The notes under the pieces are model-generated. The model was given only the letters and a program-made list of their open reading frames with translations. It was not told where the DNA came from and did no database searches. Of a stretch of 64,000 nucleotides of DNA, positions 38,481 to 48,817 are shown piece after piece (the stretch's first letter is position 1; each line of letters starts with the position of its first letter). Position numbers and translations under genes: made by a program. The stretch is taken from NCBI GenBank assembly GCA_016000045.1, contig JAECQY010000001.1, forward strand, positions 169,194 to 233,193, read 5' to 3'. The DNA is from Myxococcaceae bacterium (GTDB lineage: Bacteria > Myxococcota > UBA727 > JABDBI01).

Positions 38481-40520
38481 TCATTGGCAGAATTGCGGTC
38501 GGATTCCCAAAGCACCTTGATGGAGCTGCTCCGGTTCGGAGACCGGCGCAACAAGCGCTCTGTACGCATCCAGCAGCCGATTTTGCGCGCCTGTCGAGCC
38601 CTTGATCAGATCGCTAGCGATGTAAGTTCCGTCTTCTTGAAGTTCAAAGCGAAATCGGCTTTCTTCTAAATAAATTTCGAAAGTCTCTTTTAAAATTCGA
38701 GCTTTCAATTCCGGAGACTCGATCGGCCAGGCTATTTCCACACGTTGTACCAAGTTTCGAGACATCCAATCGGCGCTCGATAGAAATAACTCGGACTGGC
38801 CGTTATTTTCGAAGTAGAAAACGCGACTGTGTTCTAAGAATCGTCCCAAGACGGAATAAATTTTTAAATTGGGTCCGGGTTTTAAACAGCAAATTCCTCG
38901 AACAGTCAACTCAATCGACACGCCAGCCTCCGCTGCATGATGAAGAGCGTGCATCATATCGTGGTCTGCCAGCGCATTGAGTTTGGCTTTGATGCCGGCT
39001 TTCAGGCCATTTTTCGCGTTGATCCTTTCGCGTTCAATTTTCTCCAGCAAACCCGATTTCAGAGAAAACGGCGCCTCCAGACACTTTTGCAAAGGACCTC
39101 GTTTCGAGAGACCTGTTAACTGCAAAAAGATTTGATGAACATCCTCGCAAATTTGTGCGTGGGTGGTGAAGAAGCTGTAATCAACGTACAGCTTCCCGGT
39201 CTTGGGGTGGTAATTGCCTGTGCCCAGGTGGACGTAGCGCCGCAAACGACCCTTTTCCCTTCGAACCACCAACAGCATCTTGGCATGTGTCTTATAACCG
39301 ACAATGCCATAGACGACGTGGGCTCCCGCTTCTTGAAGTCGGCTGGCGAGTTGAATGTTGGCTTCTTCGTCGAAACGGGCTCGCAGCTCAATCACGACGG
39401 TTACTTCTTTGCCGGCATTCGCTGCTTCAACCAAATGATCCACAATCACAGAATCTGAACCGGTCCGATAAAGGGTTTGCTTGATCACCAACACATGCGG
39501 ATCGCGTGCCGCTTGTTTTAAAAAATCGCAAACCGAAGCAAACGATTCGAAAGGGTGCAAGAGTGCCCTATCTGCCTTTTTTAAGCTTTGAAAGGTGATT
39601 GAAACGGGTTGAGCGATCAAGGCTGGAAACTTGAGATCGGGCCGGTCAACCCAATCGTAAAGAGCCGTCAGCCGAACGAGATTGACGGGTCCTTTGATGC
39701 GGTAGATATCTTCTTCTTGGAGCTCAAAGTGGTTGGATAGAAACTGAACCAAACGATCCGGGCAGCTTTCTTCAATTTCCAATCGAACCGCGTTCCCGTA
39801 TCGCCTCGAGGTCAGCTCACCTTCTAAGCTCTGTAAGAGGTCATCCGCTTCTTCTTCATCCACCGACAGATTGCTGTTGCGAGTCACTCGAAACTGGTAC
39901 GAATTCACGACCTTTAGATGGGGAAAGAGAGCGGACATGTGAGCGCGAATCATCTGCTCCAGGGACACGATCTCCTTCCCTTCGCCGCCGATCTGCACCA
40001 AGCGCGGCAAGGATTTGGGAGCCGGAACCACCGCCATCTCCAGTCTGCGCCCAAATGCATCTTGGCCTTTGAGCGAAACAATAAAATTGAGGCTTTTGTT
40101 GGCAAGCAAGGGAAACGGGTGTGCTGGATCAAGACCAATGGGGCTTAAGACGGGCAGCAGCTGGGTTTGAAAGAAAGACTTGAGCCAGGCACGCTGCTTG
40201 GGGTTCCAATCCGATTTGTTTTTCAGCTGAATCTGCTCGGACTTGAGTGCTGGGAGCAATTCTTGGTTCAAAATCTCGTACTGCTCTAAGACTAATTGAC
40301 GCGTTTGGGCTACGAGCTCTTCCAACAAAGGATTCGGAAGCAACTTGTTTCGAATTTTTTCTTTTAAGCTCGCCATGCGAATCTCAAAAAATTCATCCAG
40401 ATTGTTGCTGCAAATGCAAAGGTATCGAAGCCTCTCTAAAAGAGGCAGGCTTCGATCCTTTGCTAAGGACAAAACTCGAAACTGAAAAAGTAAGGCGCTC
40501 AGATCACGATCGCAGTGCAT
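38481..40520 (-). CDS. ppk: Polyphosphate kinase 1
   Basis: PPK1 domains including the PLD-like C-terminal motifs (THAKMLLVVRRE...). Confidence 0.9.
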   Translation of the reverse strand: MHCDRDLSALLFQFRVLSLAKDRSLPLLERLRYLCICSNNLDEFFEIRMASLKEKIRNKLLPNPLLEELVAQTRQLVLEQYEILNQELLPALKSEQIQLKNKSDWNPKQRAWLKSFFQTQLLPVLSPIGLDPAHPFPLLANKSLNFIVSLKGQDAFGRRLEMAVVPAPKSLPRLVQIGGEGKEIVSLEQMIRAHMSALFPHLKVVNSYQFRVTRNSNLSVDEEEADDLLQSLEGELTSRRYGNAVRLEIEESCPDRLVQFLSNHFELQEEDIYRIKGPVNLVRLTALYDWVDRPDLKFPALIAQPVSITFQSLKKADRALLHPFESFASVCDFLKQAARDPHVLVIKQTLYRTGSDSVIVDHLVEAANAGKEVTVVIELRARFDEEANIQLASRLQEAGAHVVYGIVGYKTHAKMLLVVRREKGRLRRYVHLGTGNYHPKTGKLYVDYSFFTTHAQICEDVHQIFLQLTGLSKRGPLQKCLEAPFSLKSGLLEKIERERINAKNGLKAGIKAKLNALADHDMMHALHHAAEAGVSIELTVRGICCLKPGPNLKIYSVLGRFLEHSRVFYFENNGQSELFLSSADWMSRNLVQRVEIAWPIESPELKARILKETFEIYLEESRFRFELQEDGTYIASDLIKGSTGAQNRLLDAYRALVAPVSEPEQLHQGALGIRPQFCQ

Positions 40521-40531
40521 GCCTCATGATA

Positions 40532-41947
40532 TTAGTGCGAACGATTAGATTTGGCTCGATTTCCGAAACGCGGATTGCTTTTGTTGAAGAAACGTTTGCC
40601 TCGTGAGCGTTCCGGTTTTTCGGATTCGGATTTTGAAAGACGCTCTGGATTTAAGCCAATCTTTTCTGGACCCGCGATGGGCATTTGGCTTAAGTAAAGC
40701 GATAAAAGCTTCAGCAGCGTTTCTTCCAGGTTGGACTTATCTTCCAGTTTCTCTAAAAACAGACGTGCTTCTTTGGAAGTGGGTTGGGCTTCCAGCTTCG
40801 TCACCAGTTCTGACAACCGACCTTGTTTGACTTCTTGCAAGCTCGGTACGAATTTCATGGCAATGCGACTGCCCGTGCATTGTTCAATTTGGCGCACACG
40901 GCCTGCTTCCTTCGGAACCACCAAACTCAAGGAAACACCGCTTTTGCCTGCACGAGCGGTTCGTCCGATTCGATGAACGTAGGTCTCGCTGGAGCCTGGA
41001 AGATGGTAGTTAAAAACATGAGAGACGTCGGTAATATTCAGTCCTCTAGCGGCCACATCGGTTGCAATCAAAACTTGAATGCGTCCTTCTCGAAACGCCG
41101 CAGTCACGCGTTCGCGCTGCCGTTGCTCGATATCACCGTGCAAAGCCGCCGAAGCGTGTCCGTCTGAGACCAAACTTTGTTGCAGGGCGTCCACATCGGC
41201 TTTTGTTCGGCAAAACACGATCGATTTAAAGGGTCGATAGGCATCGATCAATCGAACCAGAGCGTCTTCTCTTTCGGATTCTTCAATCAAAAATGCGAGC
41301 TGCTCAATGTTTTGATTGGTGATTTCTTTGCCAGAGTTGGTGGTGACCACTTCGGGGTTATTTAAAATCTTTTTCGCCAGCTTTTGAATCAAAGAGGGCA
41401 TGGTTGCCGAAAAAAGCAAGGTCTGGCGCTCTTTGGGAATGTGTTCGAAGATGGCTTGGATATCTTCTAAGAAACCCATGTCGAGCATTTCATCTGCTTC
41501 ATCCAAGACGACCATCGTGGGTTTTAGTTTGGGAATGCGTCGGCTATTCATCAAATCCAACAAGCGACCCGGTGTGGCTACAATCACATGCGCTCCTTGT
41601 TTGACGGAGTCAATTTGACGTGCGTAAGAACTTCCACCGTAAATGGGTACACATCGGATTCCTTGAGTCCGACCGAATCGCTGAATTTCTTCGCACACTT
41701 GCGTGCAGAGCTCTCGAGTTGGCGTCAAAACCAGCAATTGAGTGGAGGAAGAATGGGGATCGATTTTTTCAAGCGCTGGTAAACCAAAGGCAGCGGTCTT
41801 GCCGGTTCCTGTTTTGGCTTGGCCGATGAGATCGCGACCGGCCATGACCAAAGGGATGGCTTGTTCCTGGATCGGGCTGGGTTTTTCAAAGCCTGCTCGT
41901 GCGATCGCTTTTAAAAGGGTTTCTGAGAATCCGAAAGTATTAAACAT
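40532..41947 (-). CDS. DEAD-box ATP-dependent RNA helicase
   Basis: Q-motif FEKPSPIQ, Walker A AKTGTGKT, DEAD and SAT motifs, and an RG-rich C-terminus. Confidence 0.9.
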   Translation of the reverse strand: MFNTFGFSETLLKAIARAGFEKPSPIQEQAIPLVMAGRDLIGQAKTGTGKTAAFGLPALEKIDPHSSSTQLLVLTPTRELCTQVCEEIQRFGRTQGIRCVPIYGGSSYARQIDSVKQGAHVIVATPGRLLDLMNSRRIPKLKPTMVVLDEADEMLDMGFLEDIQAIFEHIPKERQTLLFSATMPSLIQKLAKKILNNPEVVTTNSGKEITNQNIEQLAFLIEESEREDALVRLIDAYRPFKSIVFCRTKADVDALQQSLVSDGHASAALHGDIEQRQRERVTAAFREGRIQVLIATDVAARGLNITDVSHVFNYHLPGSSETYVHRIGRTARAGKSGVSLSLVVPKEAGRVRQIEQCTGSRIAMKFVPSLQEVKQGRLSELVTKLEAQPTSKEARLFLEKLEDKSNLEETLLKLLSLYLSQMPIAGPEKIGLNPERLSKSESEKPERSRGKRFFNKSNPRFGNRAKSNRSH

Positions 41948-43121
41948 TTTTTTGCTCCGTTAAAATGACATCCAAAATACGATTGGCAACCGCATTCTTA
42001 TCTTGCTTTTCCAGAGCGCACACAAGCCCAGCTCGATTGTAAATCGATACTTCATTCAAATTCGAGCCGATACCAAAATCTTCCTGACCGATGCGATTGG
42101 CACAAATCAGATCACAATTCTTGCCACGCAACTTTTCTTGCGCGTAGCCTTCCAAACTCGAACTTTCGGCTGCAAAACCAACCAAAAAAGGTCGATTCGT
42201 TTGATGCCCCAGAGTTTTCAAGATATCTGAATTTGGAATCAATGCTAGGGAGTATTTTTCAGATAGATTCTTTTTAATCTTTTGGGCCGAATAAACTGCG
42301 GGTCCATAATCCGCCACCGCCGCGCATAGGATGGCGATTTGGCACTGATTGCTGAGGGCCAAAACCCTTTCTTGCATGCTGCTGGCATTTTCAACGGGGT
42401 AGGCTTCTAGAGATTTAGGGACTGGGATGGACAAGGGGCCGTGCACCAACTTGACCAGGGCTCCTCGCATGGCAAGCGCGCGTGCTAAAGCAATACCCAT
42501 TTTTCCCGAGGAGCGATTGCTGAGAAAACGAACCGGATCGATCGGCTCAAGGGTGGGGCCTGCCGTTACCAGCACGGTCAAACCCAAGTAGTCTTGAGGG
42601 GAAAATGCGGATGCAATCGCTTCATGAATTCGATCGAACTCCGCCAAACGCCCAAGCCCTTCGGCTCCAGAAGCGAGAAAACCTCGCTCTGGTTCAACTA
42701 TGTAAACGCCTCGTTCTTGCAGGATTCGGAGGTTTGATTGAGTGGCTGGGTGCCTCCACATGTTGGATTCCATGGCGGGTGCAACGATCACCGGTCCCGT
42801 GAAAGACAGATAGGTTTGTAGCAAAGGCTCATCGGCTAAGCCCTGTGCCATTTTGGCAATGGTATTGGCGCTTGCGGGAGCCACGAGAAGCAAATCGGCT
42901 TCAGCTGCAAGTTTCACGTGATTGAGCGGGTGGGTTGAGCATTCACATCCCCAATTCCCAAGAATCTGCAAGGTGCGTTCGCTGACGAATTCGCGAGCCG
43001 CTTTCGTCGCCATCGCTGTCGCGAAAGCCCCTTTTTTCTGAAGGCTTCGCATCAATTCAGGCGCTTTGTAAGCAGCGATGCTTCCTGTAACGCCAAGCAA
43101 AATTTTTTTGTTTTGAAACAT
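41940..43121 (-). CDS. coaBC: Bifunctional phosphopantothenoylcysteine decarboxylase / phosphopantothenate-cysteine ligase
   Basis: Flavoprotein N-terminus [15 protein letters not shown] plus the DFP C-terminal domain. Start trimmed to M36 of the listed ORF. Confidence 0.8.
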   Translation of the reverse strand: MFQNKKILLGVTGSIAAYKAPELMRSLQKKGAFATAMATKAAREFVSERTLQILGNWGCECSTHPLNHVKLAAEADLLLVAPASANTIAKMAQGLADEPLLQTYLSFTGPVIVAPAMESNMWRHPATQSNLRILQERGVYIVEPERGFLASGAEGLGRLAEFDRIHEAIASAFSPQDYLGLTVLVTAGPTLEPIDPVRFLSNRSSGKMGIALARALAMRGALVKLVHGPLSIPVPKSLEAYPVENASSMQERVLALSNQCQIAILCAAVADYGPAVYSAQKIKKNLSEKYSLALIPNSDILKTLGHQTNRPFLVGFAAESSSLEGYAQEKLRGKNCDLICANRIGQEDFGIGSNLNEVSIYNRAGLVCALEKQDKNAVANRILDVILTEQKNV

Positions 43122-43194
43122 AAGAATCGGATCCGAGCATACTAAAGTCCAATCGAAGCGAACAGTCCCTGTGAACTGTGTTATGTCAAACACC

Positions 43195-43779
43195 ATGTTC
43201 AGCACAAACCCGATAGAGCAATTCAAAAGCTGGTTTCATGAAGCAGAGCAAGCGGGGGTTTTGGTTCCCGAAGGCATGACTTTGGCGACGGTAGACGAAG
43301 ATGGAATTCCGGACGCTCGTGTTGTCTTGCTCAAAGAGGTCCGAGAAGAAAGCTTTGTTTTTTTTACGAATTATTTGAGCTCGAAAGGGCGGCAGATTCA
43401 TGTTCATTCACAGGCTGCCCTGGTTTTTTGGTGGGCCTCGATGGAGAAGCAAATCCGAGTTCGGGGCTCGCTCTTCAAAATAGAGCCTGCACAATCCGAC
43501 GCTTATTTTAAAACTCGGCCAAGGGGTTCTCAGCTCAGTGTTTGGGCTTCGCATCAAAGTGAGATTTTACTGGAACGCTCAATTTTGGAAAAGAGCGTTC
43601 AAAGCTATGCTCGTCGCTTTGAAGGTAAAGAGGTTCCGAGACCTCCGCATTGGGGAGGCTATGCCTTGAAACCCAACTCATTGGAGTTCTGGCAAGGGCA
43701 AGAAAGCCGGTTGCATGACCGGTTTCGTTACTGTCGAAACTCTGCGGGATCTTGGGCCGTGAATCGTTTGTTTCCTTAA
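43195..43779 (+). CDS. pdxH: Pyridoxamine 5'-phosphate oxidase
   Basis: ARVVLLKEV...FVFFTNYLSSKG...ALVFWW...IRVRG. Confidence 0.85.
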   Translation: MFSTNPIEQFKSWFHEAEQAGVLVPEGMTLATVDEDGIPDARVVLLKEVREESFVFFTNYLSSKGRQIHVHSQAALVFWWASMEKQIRVRGSLFKIEPAQSDAYFKTRPRGSQLSVWASHQSEILLERSILEKSVQSYARRFEGKEVPRPPHWGGYALKPNSLEFWQGQESRLHDRFRYCRNSAGSWAVNRLFP

Positions 43780-43806
43780 AAGAATTCTCCAAAGGCTATT
43801 TAATTC

Positions 43807-44202
43807 TTGAACGCATCGGTTGATAAAGGCTGGATGGAATGGTTTTGGATGTTTCTGATTGGGATTGTTGCTGGAGTTTGCTCGGGCATTTTCGGCGTCG
43901 GCGGAGGAGTGATCCTGGTCCCAAGTCTGGTTTTTGTATTGCGCTATTCCCAGATGATGGCTACGGGCACTTCCTTGGTCGCTCTTTTGCTGCCGGTTGG
44001 CTTTTTGGGAGTGCTTGAGTATTACAAAGCGGGCAAAATCACGGGCGAAAACATTCGACTTGGGCTTTTGATCTCGGCTGGTATGTTTATCGGGGCCTAT
44101 CTCGGGGTTCGTTGGGCGATTCACTTGCCCATCAAGATTTTGACCAAAGCATTTGCGATTCTCTTATTTGCGATTGGAACCAAGTTGCTTTTGAGCAATT
44201 AG
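43807..44202 (+). CDS. TSUP (TauE/SafE-like) half-size membrane protein
   Basis: GVGGGVILVP motif; four TM segments. Confidence 0.45.
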   Translation: MNASVDKGWMEWFWMFLIGIVAGVCSGIFGVGGGVILVPSLVFVLRYSQMMATGTSLVALLLPVGFLGVLEYYKAGKITGENIRLGLLISAGMFIGAYLGVRWAIHLPIKILTKAFAILLFAIGTKLLLSN

Positions 44203-44251
44203 TTTCTGGGAACAGTTGTGCTTCGCTTTGGCTTGAAGTATAGGTAGCCTT

Positions 44252-44500
44252 ATGCTCGCTTTCATGATTACCCTCCAAGTTATTGTCGCGATCTTTATGA
44301 TTGGAGTTGTGCTGCTCCAGCCCGGAAACAAAGGCGGAGCGAGCGCAGCGTTAGGTGGGGCAGGTTCGGATACTGCTTTCGGTGGACGCGGTGCGAACAC
44401 CCTGCTGGCAAAAATCACGTTTGCAGCGGCGGCGGTATTCATGATCACCAACATTCTTTTGTCTCTCATGTCGACTCCTGCTGCTTCTGTGCTTGATTAA
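44252..44500 (+). CDS. secG: Preprotein translocase subunit SecG
   Basis: Two TM segments. LQPGNKGGASAALGGAGSDTAFG. Confidence 0.8.
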   Translation: MLAFMITLQVIVAIFMIGVVLLQPGNKGGASAALGGAGSDTAFGGRGANTLLAKITFAAAAVFMITNILLSLMSTPAASVLD

Positions 44501-45284
44501 TAGCATGCCGATTCGCTTGCCGAGTGTTTCAAAGAGCCAGGTCGAAGTTTCGAATTGGCAGGTAGGCAACGCTGATTTTTTGAACGAGCTGGGTTCTTGG
44601 CCCAACAAGGCCGCTGAGGTTTTGTCTGAGCTATTGAAAGCAAGATTCTCAATCGATTTTAAACAAGGCTCAGCCGTTCAGGCCTTCGAACCAGTCGGTC
44701 AGGTGATTCCGATTTCATGGCCTGTGCGGAACATCACCTTCTTTTTGGAGCTTGAGACCGAATTCGCGCAATGCTGTGCTTATCGTGCGATTGATCGATT
44801 CGAAACACCTGTCGGCTTAGACCCGGAACTGTCTGCTTTAGAACAAGGAATTCTAGATTATTTGCTCTCGAAAGTGAGCCAAGCCTTGGGCGAATCGATG
44901 GTTGTGGCGCATTCGGCCAGGCCGATCGATGCAGCGATGGTGGCTGTTGTGTGTGAAATGAAGTGTGAAGATCGAAAGTCTTTCGCTCGAATTTGGATTC
45001 CTCAGGCGTTTTTTGCTGTAATTCCTGAAACAGAGGCCTTGGAAAGAGGCAAAGCCATTTGTCATTTAGCCAAAACTCAACTGGTGATTGAGCTGGGTTC
45101 GATTTCGATTTCTGGCAAAGAATACATCGATTTAGAAATCGGTGATATTTTAGTGTTGGAAGAGCTTTCGCTGGAAAATGTGCAAGGTCGATGTGCTGAT
45201 TTGCCCATTCAGCTCACCGCCAGTGTGCAAAAAAACGCGGACGTACAAAACTACTCACTGACGCTTAGGAGGGTTCATGGCTGA
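44493..45284 (+). CDS. SpoA-domain protein (FliM/FliY/SctQ-like C-ring component)
   Basis: C-terminal LVIELGSISISGKEYIDLEIGDILVLEEL matches the SpoA/FliN fold. N-terminus is unassigned. Confidence 0.4.
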   Translation: MINSMPIRLPSVSKSQVEVSNWQVGNADFLNELGSWPNKAAEVLSELLKARFSIDFKQGSAVQAFEPVGQVIPISWPVRNITFFLELETEFAQCCAYRAIDRFETPVGLDPELSALEQGILDYLLSKVSQALGESMVVAHSARPIDAAMVAVVCEMKCEDRKSFARIWIPQAFFAVIPETEALERGKAICHLAKTQLVIELGSISISGKEYIDLEIGDILVLEELSLENVQGRCADLPIQLTASVQKNADVQNYSLTLRRVHG

Positions 45285-45516
45285 AAATAAGGTTGAAAAT
45301 TTATCTGTTCAAGTGACGATTGAGCTGGCTCGAAAGTGGATGACTTTTCAACAAATCGGTGAACTCAAAGCAGGTCAAACGCTTGAGCTGGCTCAGAAAA
45401 TAAGCGATCCGGTTCAGTTGATGGTCGCAGGACAGCTGATGGGTCAAGGAGAATTGGTCGAAATTGAAGGCCAGCTCGGCGTGAAGATCTTGTCGCTCCT
45501 GGAACCCAGGAGTTAA
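45277..45516 (+). CDS. fliN: FliN-like (SpoA domain) flagellar motor switch / T3SS C-ring protein
   Basis: VQVTIELARKWMTFQQIGELKAGQTLEL...GQLMGQGELVEIEGQLGVKI. Confidence 0.65.
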   Translation: MAENKVENLSVQVTIELARKWMTFQQIGELKAGQTLELAQKISDPVQLMVAGQLMGQGELVEIEGQLGVKILSLLEPRS

Positions 45517-45517
45517 C

Positions 45518-45775
45518 GTGGAGCTCTTGTGGGGATTTTTGCAAGTCGCAGCAATGCTGGCGGCGGTGCTGGCTCTGGCTTACTTGTTGCTCAACAAAGG
45601 CCTGGGGAAGATGCTTTTGAAGAATCAAGGCTCTCAGGAGTTGCTTTTGCGAGAGCGCCTGTATTTAGAGCCAAAGAAATCTCTTTACTTGGTTGAAGTG
45701 CGGGGCCGTGAATTTGTTCTCGCATCGGGAGAAGGAACCCTGTCGATCGTCTGTGAGCTATCCAAAGTCGATTAG
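45518..45775 (+). CDS. FliO-like small membrane protein
   Basis: Single TM segment; position between fliN and fliP. Confidence 0.35.
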   Translation: MELLWGFLQVAAMLAAVLALAYLLLNKGLGKMLLKNQGSQELLLRERLYLEPKKSLYLVEVRGREFVLASGEGTLSIVCELSKVD

Positions 45776-45813
45776 CGGATTAAAGCATCGAGTCTTTTGT
45801 GTTTTAGTGGAAC

Positions 45814-46593
45814 ATGCGTTCCTGTATTTGGAAGTCTCTGACTCTCACGATTGGGTTTTCACAGAATCTGTGGGCTCAATCCATCCATCTGAATGAGGTC
45901 AGCAGCCTTGCGTCTGGAGCGGGAATTGCTTCGAAGCCTTTGTTGCTGATGATGGGCTTGGTGGCTCTGTCGCTGTTGCCTTTTGTGGGGATGATGGTGA
46001 CCAGCTTTGTGAAAATGGCAGTCGTGTTGTCCATTACGCGACAGGCCATTGGGATGCAGCAAGCGCCTCCCAACACGGTGATCACAGGGCTTTCTATTCT
46101 ATTGACGGTCTATGTGATGCACCCGGTGGGGCTTGATGTTTATCGAAAATCCGAGCGCTACATGAACTATCGAAGCAGCGAATTTTTCGACAAAGCCAAC
46201 GTGGATATGCTTTTGAAAGCGGTTCAAGTGTCCGAAGAACCCATAAAGCACTTTCTTAAAACGCAAGCATCCGAAAAAAATCTTCAAATGTTCTATCGAA
46301 TCGCTCAGAAGATTCGCAAAGCGGAAGACAGACCCTCTTTGTCCATGAACGATTACATCATCTTAGTGCCCGCTTTTGTGATTACAGAGCTGACCAAGGC
46401 CTTTCAAATAGGGTTCATGATCTTTCTGCCGTTTATGGTGATCGATATGGCTGTGTCGAATATTCTGATGGCGTTAGGCATGCAGATGCTGGCGCCTACG
46501 ATGATCAGTCTTCCTTTTAAACTGCTGCTGTTTGTGATGGTGGATGGTTGGCACCTGATTAGCAAAGGCCTTGTGTTAGGTTATCCGCTATGA
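45814..46593 (+). CDS. fliP: Flagellar/T3SS export apparatus protein FliP (SctR family)
   Basis: FVGMMVTSFVKMAVVLSITRQAIGMQQAPPNTVI. Confidence 0.85.
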   Translation: MRSCIWKSLTLTIGFSQNLWAQSIHLNEVSSLASGAGIASKPLLLMMGLVALSLLPFVGMMVTSFVKMAVVLSITRQAIGMQQAPPNTVITGLSILLTVYVMHPVGLDVYRKSERYMNYRSSEFFDKANVDMLLKAVQVSEEPIKHFLKTQASEKNLQMFYRIAQKIRKAEDRPSLSMNDYIILVPAFVITELTKAFQIGFMIFLPFMVIDMAVSNILMALGMQMLAPTMISLPFKLLLFVMVDGWHLISKGLVLGYPL

Positions 46594-46865
46594 ACGTCGC
46601 GGCCTACGTGGCTCAAATGACGAATGAAGCGATTTTGCTGACCATTTTAATTTCAGCTCCATCGATTGTTGCCAGCCTGGTCATTGGCTTGGCAGTGGCT
46701 CTCTTTTCCGCGGTCACTCAAATTCAGGAACAAACCCTAAGCTTTGCCCCTAAAATGGTCTTTGTGTACGTCGCCATGGCGGTCTCAGGGAGTTGGATCG
46801 GCGGCTTGATGATTCGCTTTGCGACAAAATGCCTGAGTGAATTTGCGAATATGCCCTTGGGTTAA
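46590..46865 (+). CDS. fliQ: Flagellar/T3SS export apparatus protein FliQ (SctS family)
   Basis: 91 aa with two TM segments; FliQ family pattern. Confidence 0.8.
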   Translation: MNVAAYVAQMTNEAILLTILISAPSIVASLVIGLAVALFSAVTQIQEQTLSFAPKMVFVYVAMAVSGSWIGGLMIRFATKCLSEFANMPLG

Positions 46866-46868
46866 TCG

Positions 46869-47642
46869 ATGCCAGAACTCCTGCTGCTTGCACTCATTGC
46901 CACACGGATGATGATCTTGGTGACTTGGGTCCCGTTTTTAGGCTCAAAGAATGCTCCAGGGTCGGTTCAAATCGGAATGGCGATTCTGTTGGCTATTTTA
47001 TTTTGGCCGCTCGCTGTTTCTCAGATGCAGGGCGAATTGCCCAGCACTTGGCTGCCTTTTACGATGTTATTGCTGAAAGAAGCGTTTGTTGGCTTTGTCA
47101 TCGGATTTGTAGTGACCCAGATTTTCGATGCTGCTGAGATGGCAGGGCAGATCATGGATACAGTTCGAGGGACCAACCAAATCCAGTTAATGGTTCCAGA
47201 GTTAGCAGAACGCAGTTCTCCTTTAGGGGATCTGAATTATCAGCTGGCTCTTATCCTTTTCTTGGCCTGTGGATTGCAGGAGGTTTTTTTTGATGGGTTG
47301 GTCGAGAGTTTTTATTTGCTGCCTGTGAATCGGTTTCCCCCATTCTCCAGTGGCATTGGGCCTTTCTTCGAAGAGTTTACGCTGCTTTTGGGAGGCGTAT
47401 TTCAGATAGCCGTATCGCTTTCATTGCCGGTCGTGGCAGTTTGTTTGATCACCAACCTGGCCTTCGGTCTGATCAACCGCATGGCTCCTCAAATTAATGC
47501 GTATTTCTTGGCGATGCCAGCCACTGCGGTAGGGGGGCTTTCGATGATGTTCTTGGCTCTTTTCATGACTCTGAGGAAGTTGGAAGCCGACTCCGTGCAG
47601 CTTCTGGAGCAATTTCTGAAGACGATTGCTTTGCTGGGTTAG
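46869..47642 (+). CDS. fliR: Flagellar/T3SS export apparatus protein FliR (SctT family)
   Basis: Polytopic protein following fliQ; FliR-like. Confidence 0.75.
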   Translation: MPELLLLALIATRMMILVTWVPFLGSKNAPGSVQIGMAILLAILFWPLAVSQMQGELPSTWLPFTMLLLKEAFVGFVIGFVVTQIFDAAEMAGQIMDTVRGTNQIQLMVPELAERSSPLGDLNYQLALILFLACGLQEVFFDGLVESFYLLPVNRFPPFSSGIGPFFEEFTLLLGGVFQIAVSLSLPVVAVCLITNLAFGLINRMAPQINAYFLAMPATAVGGLSMMFLALFMTLRKLEADSVQLLEQFLKTIALLG

Positions 47643-48777
47643 TGGGCAGAATCGATTTTCGGGCGAACTTTCCATCGAGCCGTCCCGTGAGGATACCGCC
47701 TCCTAGAAGGACATCGCCATCGTATGCAACGGCTGCTTGTCCAAGTGCTATCGCATGAGCCGGCTCGAAAAATTCGAAGACCAACTCACCATTGGGATCG
47801 ATCGACCAATGGGCGCGCTGCGGCTCGTGCCTCGAACGAATTTGCACCCACACTTCCTTGGGCCAATCAGCGGTTGGCACGATGGCTTTGATGGGGCTTG
47901 CACTCACCTTGGAACAAGCTAACGCAGACTTCGGTCCCAGCGTCACGATTTGTTCGGTTGGATCCAGGTCTACGACATAGCTTCGCTCGCCAAGCCCGAT
48001 CCCGATTCCACGACGTTGGCCAATGGTAAAGTGATGAATGCCGGAGTGATTTTGAATGTGTTGACCATCCGATCGACGCATTTCTCCTGTGGGCATGGGT
48101 CCGGAGGCATTTTCAACCACCTTGGCATGGTCTCCGTCGGGAACAAAGCAGATTTCGTGGCTATCGGGTTTGTCGTGAACTTTGAGGCCCATTTTCTGGG
48201 CCAGTGCCCGAACTTGGGGTTTAGGAAGATCGGCTAAAGGCAGGTGAAGGTGCTGAATGACTTCCGGATCGGTGCCGTAGAGATAATAGGTTTGGTCTCG
48301 GGAACGATCCAGCGGACGGGATAAAGTTTTATGGCCCTGATAGGTCACGATTTTAGCGTAGTGACCGGTGGCTAGCGAGGCTCCTAAGGCTTTGGCTGTT
48401 TGGTAGAGATCGCCGAACTTGACTTCGTGATTGCAAGCGAGGCAAGGAATGGGGGTCTGCCCGGATCGATAAGCTTTTACAAAGGGTTCAAAAACGATTT
48501 CTTTGAAGCGCTCGCGGGAGTCGATGGCGTAGAATGGGATCTGAAGTCGATCGCAAATCTGCCGTGCATCCGTCATGTCGTCGATTGAGCAACATCGACC
48601 TTCACGCTTCTCAAGAGAGCCATGATCGTCAGGAGCTAAACGAAGCGATACACCAATAACCTCATGACCTTGCTCTTTTAAAAGCAACGCAGCAACCGAG
48701 GAATCAACTCCTCCCGAAAGTGCAACAACGATTTTCACAGTGTCTTGCAGGATAAGCTGTTCTTTCAGACTAGGCAA
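47563..48777 (-). CDS. mnmA: tRNA-specific 2-thiouridylase MnmA
   Basis: PP-loop VVALSGGVDSSVAA. Its 3' end overlaps the fliR 3' end (convergent). Confidence 0.85.
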   Translation of the reverse strand: MPSLKEQLILQDTVKIVVALSGGVDSSVAALLLKEQGHEVIGVSLRLAPDDHGSLEKREGRCCSIDDMTDARQICDRLQIPFYAIDSRERFKEIVFEPFVKAYRSGQTPIPCLACNHEVKFGDLYQTAKALGASLATGHYAKIVTYQGHKTLSRPLDRSRDQTYYLYGTDPEVIQHLHLPLADLPKPQVRALAQKMGLKVHDKPDSHEICFVPDGDHAKVVENASGPMPTGEMRRSDGQHIQNHSGIHHFTIGQRRGIGIGLGERSYVVDLDPTEQIVTLGPKSALACSKVSASPIKAIVPTADWPKEVWVQIRSRHEPQRAHWSIDPNGELVFEFFEPAHAIALGQAAVAYDGDVLLGGGILTGRLDGKFARKSILPTNPAKQSSSEIAPEAARSRLPTSSES

Positions 48778-48817
48778 TCGGAGACCTGAATGTTAGTGGA
48801 TTTAAAAGGAGTCTGAA

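Noticed and set aside
38442-38669. 75-aa plus-strand ORF downstream of the consensus promoter
   Set aside because: It overlaps the ppk1 3' end in antisense and has no SD or homology. Kept only as a possible antisense transcript.
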